Of a DNA stretch of 64,000 nt, positions 52,573 to 64,000 are shown in pieces; the stretch's first letter is position 1, and each line of letters starts with the position of its first letter. This DNA is from Amphiscolops sp. MND2022. Taxonomy: Eukaryota. The stretch is taken from assembly GCA_964187785.1 (NCBI GenBank), contig OZ076409.1, positions 72,480,001 through 72,544,000 on the forward strand, read 5' to 3'. The notes beneath the pieces are model-generated. The model ran no database searches and was not told the DNA's origin. It saw only the letters and a program-made list of their open reading frames with translations. Made by a program: the position numbers and the translations under genes.

Positions 52573-54556
52573 GTGGGCGGGGGTAATTCCCCTTCAAAAA
52601 ATTCGGCCGGCGGGTTGGGTCCTGCCGGACGTCAAATAGCAGAAAATACCTATTAGGAAACGGCGACACAAAACGGCGATTTTTAAATCTAACCACAATT
52701 TTTTGGACTTGGAGTGCATGCGGCCCTGAAATGCCCATACGAATCGAAGTTCCTGCTGACGTTAAGCGATTGAAATAATATATAAAAAGTTATGGCCCAT
52801 TTTTGGGTCACCGAGAAGGGCAAAATGAGGAAAATTTTAACTAAGTCGCTGATAACTCAAAATGTGTTAATTTTTGGACATTGACTGTGAAACAAGCTTG
52901 GAACCTTCATTTCGTGGCTGTGGCATTGCACTGAACACAAAAGATGTAAAGTTTTTACATTTTTTGAAAATTCGAAATTTTTGAAATTTTTTTCACTACT
53001 ATCAGTACCCCATATGTCAAAAACGCCTCAGAAAAAAATTTTTATTTGCATTAAGTTGGAAACCTTGGTATCCATGGTTTCTGTCGGAACCTACTCGCAG
53101 CGAAACACCCAACAGTTTGTATCCAATGTGGAAATAAAAATTTTTTCGGGGTCATAAGCGTTTCACAAGGATTTCTCAACTTAGTTTCAATTTACAAATT
53201 GGTCACATTGAACACATTATTTTCATCGAAGCGGGTCAGATACCGCCCTAAAGCTCACGAACGGTCCTACTGGCAACGTAGCAACCATTTATAGTAATAT
53301 AAAAGATTAAAAAAATTTTTCACCCGGTCTTCAGTCATTTTTCAGTCATTCGGAACTTAACTTAGAAAAATTTCGACCAAAATACCCATTTTTTGTCAGG
53401 TCGAAAAATCAAATTCAGATTTTAAAGCAAAATTATTAACTCTGACGTAACTCATGGGGCCCATGATACTCAAAACAACGATTGACACTGGTATCAATGG
53501 CTCCAATAACATATGAGTCGCGATCGGACGTTATTTTGAGCAATACGTCTCAATTGAGGTAAAGATCTCGCAAGCCAGCGATCACTGTCAAATGTGATTT
53601 CATCAAAAATTTACTCATTTTTGTCAATCATTATGTGCACAGAATGAGTAGGGTGCGTTTCATCACTATAATGAGATTTTTGAATGCATCGAGTTGCTCA
53701 AGGGGTGGTACGAGACATTTTTGTCCCATATACTACTGTATTTTCCAAAATTTTTAGCCCAATATCTGGAAATACAAACATGACAAAATACTTTCAACTA
53801 CTTTATTCAAAGGTTACAATATAGATGAACACTGTGGTTGATCAGAAACTTTCATCTCTTTCGTTTTCCGAAATATTTTCCTTCGCAGGTGTTATATTTG
53901 TTTCAGAAAAAAAATCGAAACTGAAAAATACGCTATTTTGCTAATATAGAATCGCAATGATTGTGCCTAAAAACTCTTTAAACACTTCTAACGCGACCTT
54001 ACGCACCCAAAATGATCGAAAATGCTATTCACAATGGTGACATGTGCTCTTTCAACGATCCTGGCTGGACAAGGTTTGCATATTTTTCAAGTACCTGTCA
54101 GCTGAATCTTGTGATAGCCTTTTAAGTTGGCCTTGTGTCAACTTGGGAAGGCTATCACATCAAACAACCATCAACAAAAATAATTTTTGTTTATTGGATA
54201 TTACAGTTGATACCTTATTTCGTGATTCTATACTACCGTTAGTATATTCCATGAGGTCACCTTACGATTGCATTCAGACTTTGATGAAAACCTATGAACT
54301 CAAAGTCACATTTATATATTTTTTGCTCAAAAAAATCATCAAAAACATCTAAAATATATAAAATAGAGTCTTTAACTTTTTTACGTTTCAAGTTTCTGCC
54401 GTTATTAAGCCAATCAACTTCCTACAGCCACGCTCTCTGTCATACTGTACAACGCCACATAGTGTTGCGACGTGCACGGTCTGTGGGCATGCCGAGGCAT
54501 GCCCTTCGACGACGTATGCCGAATACCGCGGGCCTACGCCCGCGCTCCCCGGCTAG
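52573..54556 (+). mobile_element. Family A unit (1984 bp)
   Basis: A head, body and tail; CTAG end. Confidence 0.8.
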
Positions 54557-57500
54557 GTGGTCACGGCTGTTTAGCCCGCAATATTGTGCGAGCTCGGGGA
54601 GGGACCCGTAAGCGAGCTCAGTATATAAGATATCTTTTTCAACAACCCGGGATTTGCCACTGGGAAAGCTATCTTTTAAATGAGCCGTGAGATTTCGCTG
54701 AAAATTTGCACACAACATCCTCGAACAAATCTAAGAACTTTTTCCTGCTGACACTTTTCCCGGAAAATTCATCTTCATGGTTTTTTTGACAAAAGTTCGG
54801 ATATAACGAATTTTTGTTCGGATATAACGTTTTTCTTTAATAACTTTTACACGGTGCACGCTAGCCCAATGGTGCATACTAACAAAAAGTTGTGAAATGT
54901 GGCGCGTCAATTGATAGTGCCAAAAAAGTGCCGCTCAGGGCACTCAAAGTGCCAAAAAATGCCAAAATGTGATATATCACCAGTATCACCCGGGCTTATA
55001 GGCCATTTTGAGCACGTTAAACGGTCTGAACGGTCTCGGACCATAAGGTCAAAAATTGTCAGCTCTATTTGAGGGATTCAAAAATATAATTTTTACAGCT
55101 GGGGGGATCATAATAAAAAAGTCGATTTTTTGGGGTGTATGGCATGATGAGCTGAGATGAAATTTTTTATTATGTACACTTCGTTCAAATACTCACCACG
55201 CAGCACCAGTAGCAGCGGAGGTCATATTTATGAAAATTATCAGGGGGTTGGGGTCTACCCACGGTACTATCGCAAAGTAGGCCTGGGGCAATGGTGGTGC
55301 CAAAAAATGCCTTATAGTGAGGAATGAGTTTTTGCAAATCAGCTCATTTTTACAAACATGTGAATTCCTCGCCATCAACGGTCCGCACGGTCTCCGACAA
55401 TAAATTCAAAAAATGTCAGTGAGCTATAGCGACATTGAAAATGACATTGGTGAACCTCTGGGGGGCCTCTGAAAAAAATTAATTTTTTTGAGTCACGGTC
55501 CGAGTTGATCTCATACGTTGTATGAACATTTCATGATGATGTTTCTCATGACCGAGTACAGATAGCAGCGTGGGTCATCTTTATCAAAATGAACATTGGA
55601 CAGCGGTCTAACGATTGAAAGCAAAAAACATAGCCTAGTTGCCATTGTGTGAGAAAAAAATTCCAAGAAGTGGTAATTTCAATTTTTTAAGTCGACTCGG
55701 AGTTACCAAATGGTGATTTGCTCCACAGGAACGGTCTTAACGGTCTCGAACGAAAGGATCAAAAATTGTCAGTGTAACATGGTGGCGCCCAAAAACCCAT
55801 CAGAACAACTGTAGGAAGCTTCTGAACGAATTTCGAAAATTTACGTGGGTCCGAGAGTTATGGTGTCACATCGTAACAACATTTCGGGTATGCATATCTC
55901 CTGCCAGAGCAGAGATAGCATAATGGGTCATCTTTTCGAAATTGAACGTGGGCCACTGGTCTATCGAATGGTAATAAAAAGTTTTTAATAGGTGGTGCAT
56001 GGCGTTAATAATATGCCAAGATGTGGTATTTAGCATTTTTTTGCACGACTCGGAGCTACAAAAAGCCCATTTCTGCTCCAACAACGGTCCGTACGGTCTT
56101 CGACCATAAGTTCAAAAAGTGTCAGTGTGCTATGGTGACGCCCAAAAACCCATCAGTACACTTGTAGAGTGCATCTGAAAAAATTTGGATTTTTAGGTGA
56201 GTCCGAGAGTTATAGAGAGTTATGTTGTCACATCGTAACTACTTTTCGGGTATGTATATCTCCTGACACAGTACAGATAGCAACATGGGTCATCTTTTGG
56301 AAAGTGAACGTGAGCCACTGACCCACTGAATGGTGATATAAAGTTTTCACCAGTTGCTACAGGGAGTGATAAAAGTGCTTAGATGGGTTACATATCATTT
56401 TTTCAGGCGACTCGGACTTACAAAAAGGTTATTTGCTCGCGAACAACGGTCTGTACGGTCTCCGTCCATAAGGTCGAAAATTATTCGTGAGCTATGGTGA
56501 CGCCCAAAAACGTATCACTTTACTTGTGGGTTGATTCTGTAAAAATTTAATTTTTTCGTGCTCACTATGTTACATATTACATTGGGAACCGTGTTTTTAT
56601 ATCAACGAAATCAAGATTTCGAGTGGCCAAAAACCCTTTTTAAAGCCCAGTAGCCACCTAAAATGTTCTTTTGCATAACATTGGATGTGAATAACGTAAA
56701 GAAAGTGCTCACTGTGGATTTGGAGTGTTTTCAAAAAAATCAGCTGCCATTAGACGTTACATTACAGAAAATGATACCTACATATCGTTATATGGGTTGA
56801 GTCAAAAATAGCTTCAAGTGTTTTTTCAGTCAATCTAGTGTTTGTTTTGTTCACAAGAAAGTGTACAGCTGACTTGGAACACATATTGACCTTTCACAAT
56901 GGTTATACTGTGATTTTGAGTGACAAAAACCCCGTTGATAAACAAAATTCCAAGATAAAATTTGTTTTCAAATCATTTTTTGGAGTTTAGGACCGCAAAT
57001 TTTTGCCCACAAACATCAACTATCCACTTCTCTTAGTTCATTGGCATCTGAAAAATACAACTGGGCCTTGACAAGGCACATACAGTATAATTCGAGTAGT
57101 CATGGGCAACAATATTTACTTTTCAACAATGAAATTCGTCAAAAATTGATACAACATCACATTTTTGGTGGGGTCGAATTGACAAAATGGGCTCTTTTAG
57201 CAACTATTGACTTTTACACCAACCCACTGACACTGTAATTTAGGAAAACAATGTTTACAGAAGTATAAAGGTTATTTTTCAGAGTGTGGGGGACCTAAAA
57301 GTATCATACTCTACAGATGCATGACTCCAATTTTAGCATTTTTAGTGATGTGTCACCAGTTTTTTGGTGTCGGCGGTCTCACTAAGACTGTTTTTCGTCT
57401 AACACTATACCCGAGGATCAACCAAGGTAGAAACCAGACTTGTAACAACAATCCAAAGATGTTCGACATGTCAATAGTAGTCACTAGTGGAGATATTTCC

Positions 57501-59455
57501 CAAAAAGTTCCGTTTTTTGCCACATTCCCTTGGACCTTTTTCATTCGGTGTTTGTTAGTTATGGTATTAACGCTCAACAACGAGCTCACGGGCAGCAGAA
57601 AACTTGTTTACAGTTACAAGAAGTATAATTAATACTACCACGCTTGGTCCCGACAGATTTTTTCTCCCATTCGTTCTCAAGATGAAAAAAAAATTTCCGA
57701 AAAACCCAATTTTTGTCAGGTCGAAAATTGAATTTTCGTGTTTTGAACAACACTATTGTGTCTGACGTAACCGGTGGCCTCCAAAAAGCTAAAAATTAGG
57801 TATATGACTGGTGTCAAACGCTTCAGTGACTTGGGAGCTACGATAACACGTTTTGCAAAGAAAAATTCTACTTTCAAGTGAAAATTTCGAAGACACATTT
57901 CAACAATAAAAACAGAATACAAGAAAAACTAACCTTTTTCTCGTCATTTACGATGAACATAGTATCAGTGTAGCGAATATGAGGTGTATAGAGGGGTCTA
58001 TATGAAAACCGTGGTACATAAAGCATTGTGTAACACAAAACTTACCATAGTACAAAAAATTTTTCACTAGATTTTTTGCATTTTTTATCAAAAAGTTGAC
58101 ACTGTAAACATCAATCAGCAGTTCAGTTCAGGAGGGGTATGCAACTTAGGACATGTTTCAAAGGGTACCCTCTTCCCGTTGTTCCAAACTCCTTTGTTAC
58201 TGCTGAATAGAGCCATATGTTTTACAAGCAATGTTCTTTAAAAGATAAATTAGCAAAGACTGAATCGTTTTTATAGTAGCTAAACCAAATTCCGGAAACG
58301 TCTCTCACTACTTGCACTTTGCAGACTCTATAGAGTTGACAACCTTCCCACATTGATGACGTTTGCGTATTTAAAGATTCAGATTGAACCATGTTTTTTA
58401 GGAAACAGCTGATACATGAATCTTGTGATAGCCTTTCAAGTTGGCCTTGTGTCAACTTGGCAAGGCTATCACTACAAAAAACAAAAAACAAGACTGCCTC
58501 GTCTTCCGTTGTAGCTGTAAAGAATATTGTCTAACCATCCATGGTCTCCGTAGTTGATAATATGTATTTAGCTGAGATGTTCTTTTCGTATATATTTATC
58601 ACTATACAGTTCAGAGACAACGTTTTTTCTTTGTGTCTTTCAAAAAAGATCTGAAACAATTTAGTCTAAATTTGTTAATTGTACATTGAATGTCCACTCA
58701 ATTTAACTTTTGGCTTCTTTATCAGCTTGAGGAAACCCCGTATCTCCTCCAAATGACAATTTGTTACATCTTGTGTTGAAAGCTTTCTTTCGTGGGATGA
58801 TAGCGCTAAAAAAACTGGAAAGGAGTGTCAATTAAAAATCGTTTGCAGGCAGTGAATTATCGTGGTAAACGTTTTGTACGTTTGCAAATTGTTCCACCAA
58901 AAAATTAGTTCCGTATAACACAAAAAGTTTTCAAAAATTGTTACAAGGCAAAATTTTGTTTTTTAATTTTTTTCTCCATTACAATCTAAACTCAAAAATT
59001 TAGTCAACATCTCACGTCTTCTCACATATCATCTGGATTTGAATAGAGTCTTTTGAAACAAAACTAACCTCATTTCCAACACATTCTATCCTAATATTAC
59101 AAAGCATTTCAGCAAATCCTTCAGTAATTGTGACAAATTCATTTGTAGAAAAATTTTATTGTCACTTAAGACACTATCAGCAGTGCCTCGAGTTCCGCAG
59201 CATCTATCAAGATGAACGGTGCCTGGTTGAAAGGGAATTCTCGGGATACCCTGTTTTTGTTTTAACGGCATTCAGGGTTGTCATTTCTGTATCATAGTGT
59301 TGATGAATTTTATCTTTGTTTCCATGGCAGTTTAAACCAAAACAGGTAGCAGGAAGTACAACAAAATATTTCAAACTTTACTAACAAACGTCCTTCTTCC
59401 ATTTGTTCAGGCCTCCTCCCCCCCCCTCTAGTCGTGCTCTAATTACCTCCACTGG
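54557..59455 (+). mobile_element. Family G element (4899 bp), atypical 3' end
   Basis: GTGGTCACGG head; ~355-bp repeats; block distantly homologous to the A body (TTTTGTCAGGTCGAAAATT...TCTGACGTAACC at ~57710-57775); GATAGCC hairpin 58427-58470; ends CTGG without the core tail. Confidence 0.65.
55019..56560 (+). repeat. Internal tandem repeat, ~353-362 bp period (5 unit starts)
   Basis: AACGGTC..ACGGTC..ATAAGGTCAAAAATTGTCAG-like motif at ~55019, 55377, 55730, 56083, 56445. Confidence 0.85.
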
Positions 59456-62400
59456 GTGGTTGGGGCGTTATTCCCCACGAAGTTCGCGGCCGCGGGAGAC
59501 GGGACCCGCGGACCGCCCATCCAATGCAAAAATATACACTCTAAACAGCACCATTATAAACACGATCTCGAAAATGAACCGTAGGATTGTCTTGAAATTT
59601 TGCATACGGATAGAAGCAAAAATTCTAAGAACTTTTTCCTGCTGGCACTTTTCCGAAAAAAACGTCCTTCATGGGTTTTTTTGGGTTTTTTTGGTTTTTT
59701 CTCATCTTTCTCATCTTTGATTAATCAATCACCGAATCAAATGCCATTTTCAGCATGAAGGAATGCACGTAGCGGCAAAGTGCACTTTTACAAAAATCAT
59801 CAACGGTCAACGGTCTTTCGAACGGTCTAAAAAAATTTCCCCCCGGGGGCATGCAAAGTGCCGAAAAGTGCCAAAATATTTTTTTGGTCTGAATCATTTT
59901 GATGAAATTGTTGATTTGAGCAGCAGGAACGGTCCGCACGGTCTCGGACCATAAGGTCAAAAATTGTCAGTGAGTTATGGTGACGTCCAAAATGACATTG
60001 GTTGAGCTGTAGGAGGCCTATGAAAAAATTTGAATTTTTTGAGTCTACAATCCGAGCTGAACTGTTACGTATTATGAACTTTTCAGTACTATGTTGCCAA
60101 AGACCGAGTACAGATAGGTGCATGGGTCAGCCTTATTGAAATGAACATTGGGCACTGGGCTAACGATTGAGTGCAAAAATTATAGCCTAGTTGCTGTAGT
60201 CGAAGAAAAAAATTCTCAGAAGTGTTACTTTCAATTTGTCATGTTGACTCGGAGTTACAAAAAGATGATTTTCTCGCCAACAACGGTCCGAACGGTCTTG
60301 GACCATAAGATCAAAAATTGTCAGTGTGCTATGGTGACGCCCAAAAACCCATCGGAACAAGCGTAGGATGCTTCTGAAAAAATTTCGAATTTTTACCTCG
60401 GCCCAAGAGTTATTGTGTTACATCGTAACAACATTTCGTGTATGCATATCTCCTGACAGCGTACAGATAGCATCATGGGTCACCTTTTTGAAAGTGAACG
60501 TGGGCCACTGGTGTACTGCATGGTTATAAAAAATTTAGACTAAGTGCTGCATGGCGTGAATAATATGCCAAGATGTGGTATTTACGATATTTTAGCACGA
60601 CTCGGACTGACAAAAAGCCTATTTCTGCCCCAGCAACGGTCCAAACGGTCATCAAGTATAAGGTCAAAAAATGTCAGTGTGACATTATGGCGCCTAAAAA
60701 CCTACCAGAATAATCGTAGGAAGCTTCTGAAAAAATTTTGAATTTTTACGTGGGCCCGAGAGTTATGATGTTGCATCGTAGCAACATTTCGGGTATGCAT
60801 ATCTCCCTACAGAGTACAGATAGCATCATGGGTCACCTTTTCGAAAAAGAACGTGGGCCACTGGTCTATCGATTGGTTGTAAAAAGTTTTCAATCACTGC
60901 TGCACGGCGTGAATAAAATGCCAATATGGGATATTTAGCATTTTTTTGCACGACTCGGACCTACAAAAGTCCCATTTCTGCTCCACCAACGGTCCGTACG
61001 GTCTTCAACCATAAGGTCAAAAAGTGTCAGTGTGCTATGGTGACGCCCAAAAACCCAACAGTACACTTGTAGAGTGCTTCCGAAAACTTTTGGAATTTTT
61101 AGGTGAGTCCGAGAGTTATAGAGAGTTATGTTGTCACATGGTAACTACATTTCGGGAATGTATATCTCCTGACACAGTACAGATACCAACATGGGTCATC
61201 TTTTGGAAAGTGAACGTGGGCCACTGGCCTACCGAATGGTGATAAAAAGTTTTCACCAGTTGCTACAGGGAGTGATAAAAGTGCTTACATAGTTTACATA
61301 GCATTTTTTCAGGCGACTCGGACTTACAAAAAGCTCATTTGCTAGCGAACAACGGTCTGTACGGTCTCCACTCAATGGGTCGAAAATTTTTTGTGGGCTA
61401 TGGTGACGCTCAAAAACCCATCAGTTTACTTGTGGGATGATTCTATAAAAATTTAGTGTTTTCGTGCAGACTATGTTACATATTACATTAGGAACCGTGT
61501 TTTTTCCTCACCAAAATCATGTTTTTGAGTGCCCAAAAGCAATTTTTAAAGCCCAGTAGCCACCTAAAATGTTCTTTTGCATAACATGGGATGTGAATAA
61601 CGTCAAGAAAGTGCTCACTATGGATTTGGAGTTATCTCGAAAAAATCAGCTGCCATTAGACGTTACATTACAGAAAATCGTACCTTACATATCGATTCAT
61701 GGGTTGAGTCAAAAACAGCTAAAGTTCTTTTTCAGTCAATCAATACTGTTTTTTGTTCACAACCAAGTGTACAGCTGACTTCGAAGCTATTTTGACCTTC
61801 CACAATGGTTATAATGCGATTTTGAGGGACAAAAGGCTTGTTGACAAACAAAATTCCAAGATGAAATTGCTTTCCAAATCATTTTTTGAAGTATAGGAAC
61901 GCCATTTTTTGCCGACAACCATCAAATATCCACTTCTCTTGGCCCAGGGGCTTGTGAAAAATACAACTGAGCCTTGACAAGGCACATGGACCGTAATTCG
62001 AGTAGTCATGTACCACAACATTTGCTAATCGATAGCAACTTTTGTTGAAAATTGATACAACATCACATTTTTGGTGAACTCGAAATGACAAAATGGAGCT
62101 TTACCAGAAACTATTGGCTTTTAGTACAACTCACTGGCACTGTAAGTTACGAAAATACGGTTTACAGTAGTTTCATGCTACTTTTTCAGAATCTGAGGTA
62201 CATAAAAATATCATACTGAATAGACAAATAACTTCAACATCGGAATTTTTCCGGATGTGTCACCACCTTTTTGGTATCAGCGGTCCTACCAACACTGCTT
62301 TTGGTCTAACACTAAACCCAAGGATCAACCAAGATGTATATCAGACTTGTAAAATCAATGCAAGGTCTTTCGACATGTCAAAAGTACTGATAAGATGAGA

Positions 62401-63604
62401 ATCTTCTCAAAAATTCATGTTATGTGTCATATTCCATTCCACGTTTTTTAATCGGTGCTTGTCGGTTATAGTATTAACGCTCAACAACGAGCTTACTGAC
62501 AAGAAACAACTTGTTAACAGTTATTAAAAGTATGTATAATTCCACCATGCTCGGTCTTGGCAGATTTTTCATCCCATTAGTTCTTAACGTGTAAATTTTA
62601 CTTCCCAAAAACCCTATTTTTGTCAGGTCGAAATTCGAATTTTCGTGTTTTGATCAATATTATTGTGTCTGACGTAACCCGTGGCCTCCAAAATACTCAA
62701 AAACAATAGTATGACTGCTATCAAATGCTTCAGTGACATGTGGGGCACGTTAACACGTTTTGGTAAGAAAAATTCCACTTCGAAGTGAAAATTTGGAAGA
62801 CACATTGTGTCAATAAAAACTGAATACATGAAAAACGTACCTAACTCCCGTCAATTAGTATTGACGTAGTAACTGTGTTGCGAATTAGAGGTCTATAGAG
62901 TGGTGTATGGGAAAACTGTGGCGCATAAAGCGTTGTTCATAACAAAGTTCTTCCAATAACTACAATTGTGTTTTCAAAAGTTTCACTATATTTCACATAT
63001 TCACAGAATGTGATTGATGCTACCTAGTAATGGAAAACCACTGTCGAATGTTCTTTAGTGGACTCAACAGTCCTGAAAATCACAGACATACATCACGATT
63101 CATAATTATACACTCGAGGCTACACAGTAATTTATTTCCGCTAGTTGCTGATAACTGAATTTCCTGATAGCCTTCCAAGTTGGCCTTGTGTCAACCTGGG
63201 AAGGCTATCAGTACAAAACACAAAGAACACAGCTTGTTGTTGCCTCTAATTTGCTGTTGTTTTCGTTAAGATTTTATGGTACCGTTTCTTTATAACATGT
63301 GGTTAACATAAGACAATTTCTCTCTGTATGGAACGACATCCATTGATAAGAAAGATTACAGTTTTTTAGTTGAAAAAGACCTTGAAACTACTGCGCAATC
63401 CATGCAATTTATCCAAAACGTTCATTCATTTCAATAATTTGCGTCCCATTGAGCGTCACAAACCACTATACCTCCTTTAACTGACAGTACAAAGACACAT
63501 CATCCTTTGACCGTCCACAGACCGAAGGCGTGGCGAGGCACGCCTTGCGAAGACCTTTGGCAAAACAGTACTAACGTCCGTTCGTGACGCATACGAAAAA
63601 CTAT
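59456..63604 (+). mobile_element. Family E element (~4.15 kb) with a divergent tail; right end approximate
   Basis: Head identical in type to 12905; colinear with G; GATAGCC hairpin 63166-63209; divergent core at 63487-63565. Confidence 0.65.
59928..61460 (+). repeat. Internal tandem repeat, ~353-362 bp period (5 unit starts)
   Basis: Same motif at ~59928, 60282, 60635, 60988, 61350. Confidence 0.85.
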
Positions 63605-64000
63605 TTTATTTTCAACAATCGTCATAAAGCATATTTGTTATATCGGCCTTTCGTTACATTTGTGCAATGATACCTTTATCAGTGAAATATTAAGTTATAC
63701 ATAGGTAACTGCAGTAACTTCGTGATAACCAAAGTGATATCAAAATGTTGTTACATAAATATTTCTGACACAGCGGAATTCCGAAGTGTCATTAGGCACT
63801 TTTTCAGTGCTCGTTAGGAAAGCGAGCACTTTTGCTTGGACCAAACATGCTCGTATCAGACTGGTCATGTGAAGGCAAGTAACGGAATCGAAACAATGTT
63901 CCTCATCAACTTTTTGGTAGCGTCAGAAACACAATGTTTCCTTTTTAATGTCCCCCAGTTGTTTGTTAGCTTCTGTTCATAGAGAATTGTTTCTGCGCAG

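Larger units (their letters stand above)
1..63604 (+). mobile_element. Head-to-tail array of heterogeneous non-autonomous Helitron-like (hairpin+CTAG-ended) elements
   Basis: 26 CTAG|GTG junctions with CTAG ending at 976, 2964, 4955, 6947, 8932, 10917, 12904, 14025, 16008, 17982, 19967, 21954, 23930, 25901, 27873, 29866, 31837, 36600, 38587, 40574, 45338, 47326, 48598, 50583, 52572, 54556, plus CTGG|GTGG at 59455. All units are in the same orientation and none has a long ORF. The array structure is directly seen; the Helitron-like class is inferred from the 3' hairpin+CTRR. Confidence 0.75.

Noticed and set aside
861..54556. CRISPR array or bacterial integron
   Set aside because: The intervals are 1.3-4.8 kb and homologous to each other; there is no cas or intI gene, no cassette ORFs and no attC GTTRRRY/RYYYAAC pairing. 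The integron comparison is an analogy only.
973..54718. The many 60-175 aa ORFs, including those recurring across junctions (e.g. ...RSVGMPRHALRRR...)
   Set aside because: They recur only because the DNA is repeated; they span GC-rich hairpins and junctions, are broken by stops or frameshifts in sister copies, and show no recognisable domain.
59092..59100. TAATATTAC geminivirus-type origin nonamer (also 35478-35486)
   Set aside because: Not in a stem-loop, not conserved in sister elements, and plausible by chance in AT-rich DNA.
63605..64000. Gene or feature in the right flank
   Set aside because: Short unique sequence with no ORF or recognisable motif.

Overview
No credible protein-coding gene, RNA gene or CRISPR array is visible. 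The window looks like scaffolded eukaryotic DNA (200-N gap at 13671-13870). Bases 1 to ~63600 form one unidirectional head-to-tail array of about 29 non-coding elements or element fragments from several distinct families: A (AT-rich, 1983-1992 bp, 15 full copies), B (GC-richer, 1971-1993 bp, 6 full + 1 partial), long A' (4763 and 4764 bp), F (1272 bp), G (4899 bp) and E (~4.15 kb, plus one gap-truncated copy). They are joined base-precisely at 26 GCTAG|GTG(G/C) junctions and one CTGG|GTGG junction, with no spacer or target-site duplication. The bodies differ, but the elements share a structural grammar: a GTG-initiated double-hairpin head, one bulged internal hairpin of either of two types, and a ~110-bp tail (CAACGCCACA...GGGCATGCC-GA-GGCATGCCC...variable GC hairpin...CTAG). 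The tail resembles a Helitron 3' end but the 5' ends are not TC. The best reading is a self-targeting array of non-autonomous rolling-circle/HUH-type elements that insert at each other's termini, like a cassette array. This is inference: the mobilising enzyme is not in the window. All counts and coordinates were read by eye.
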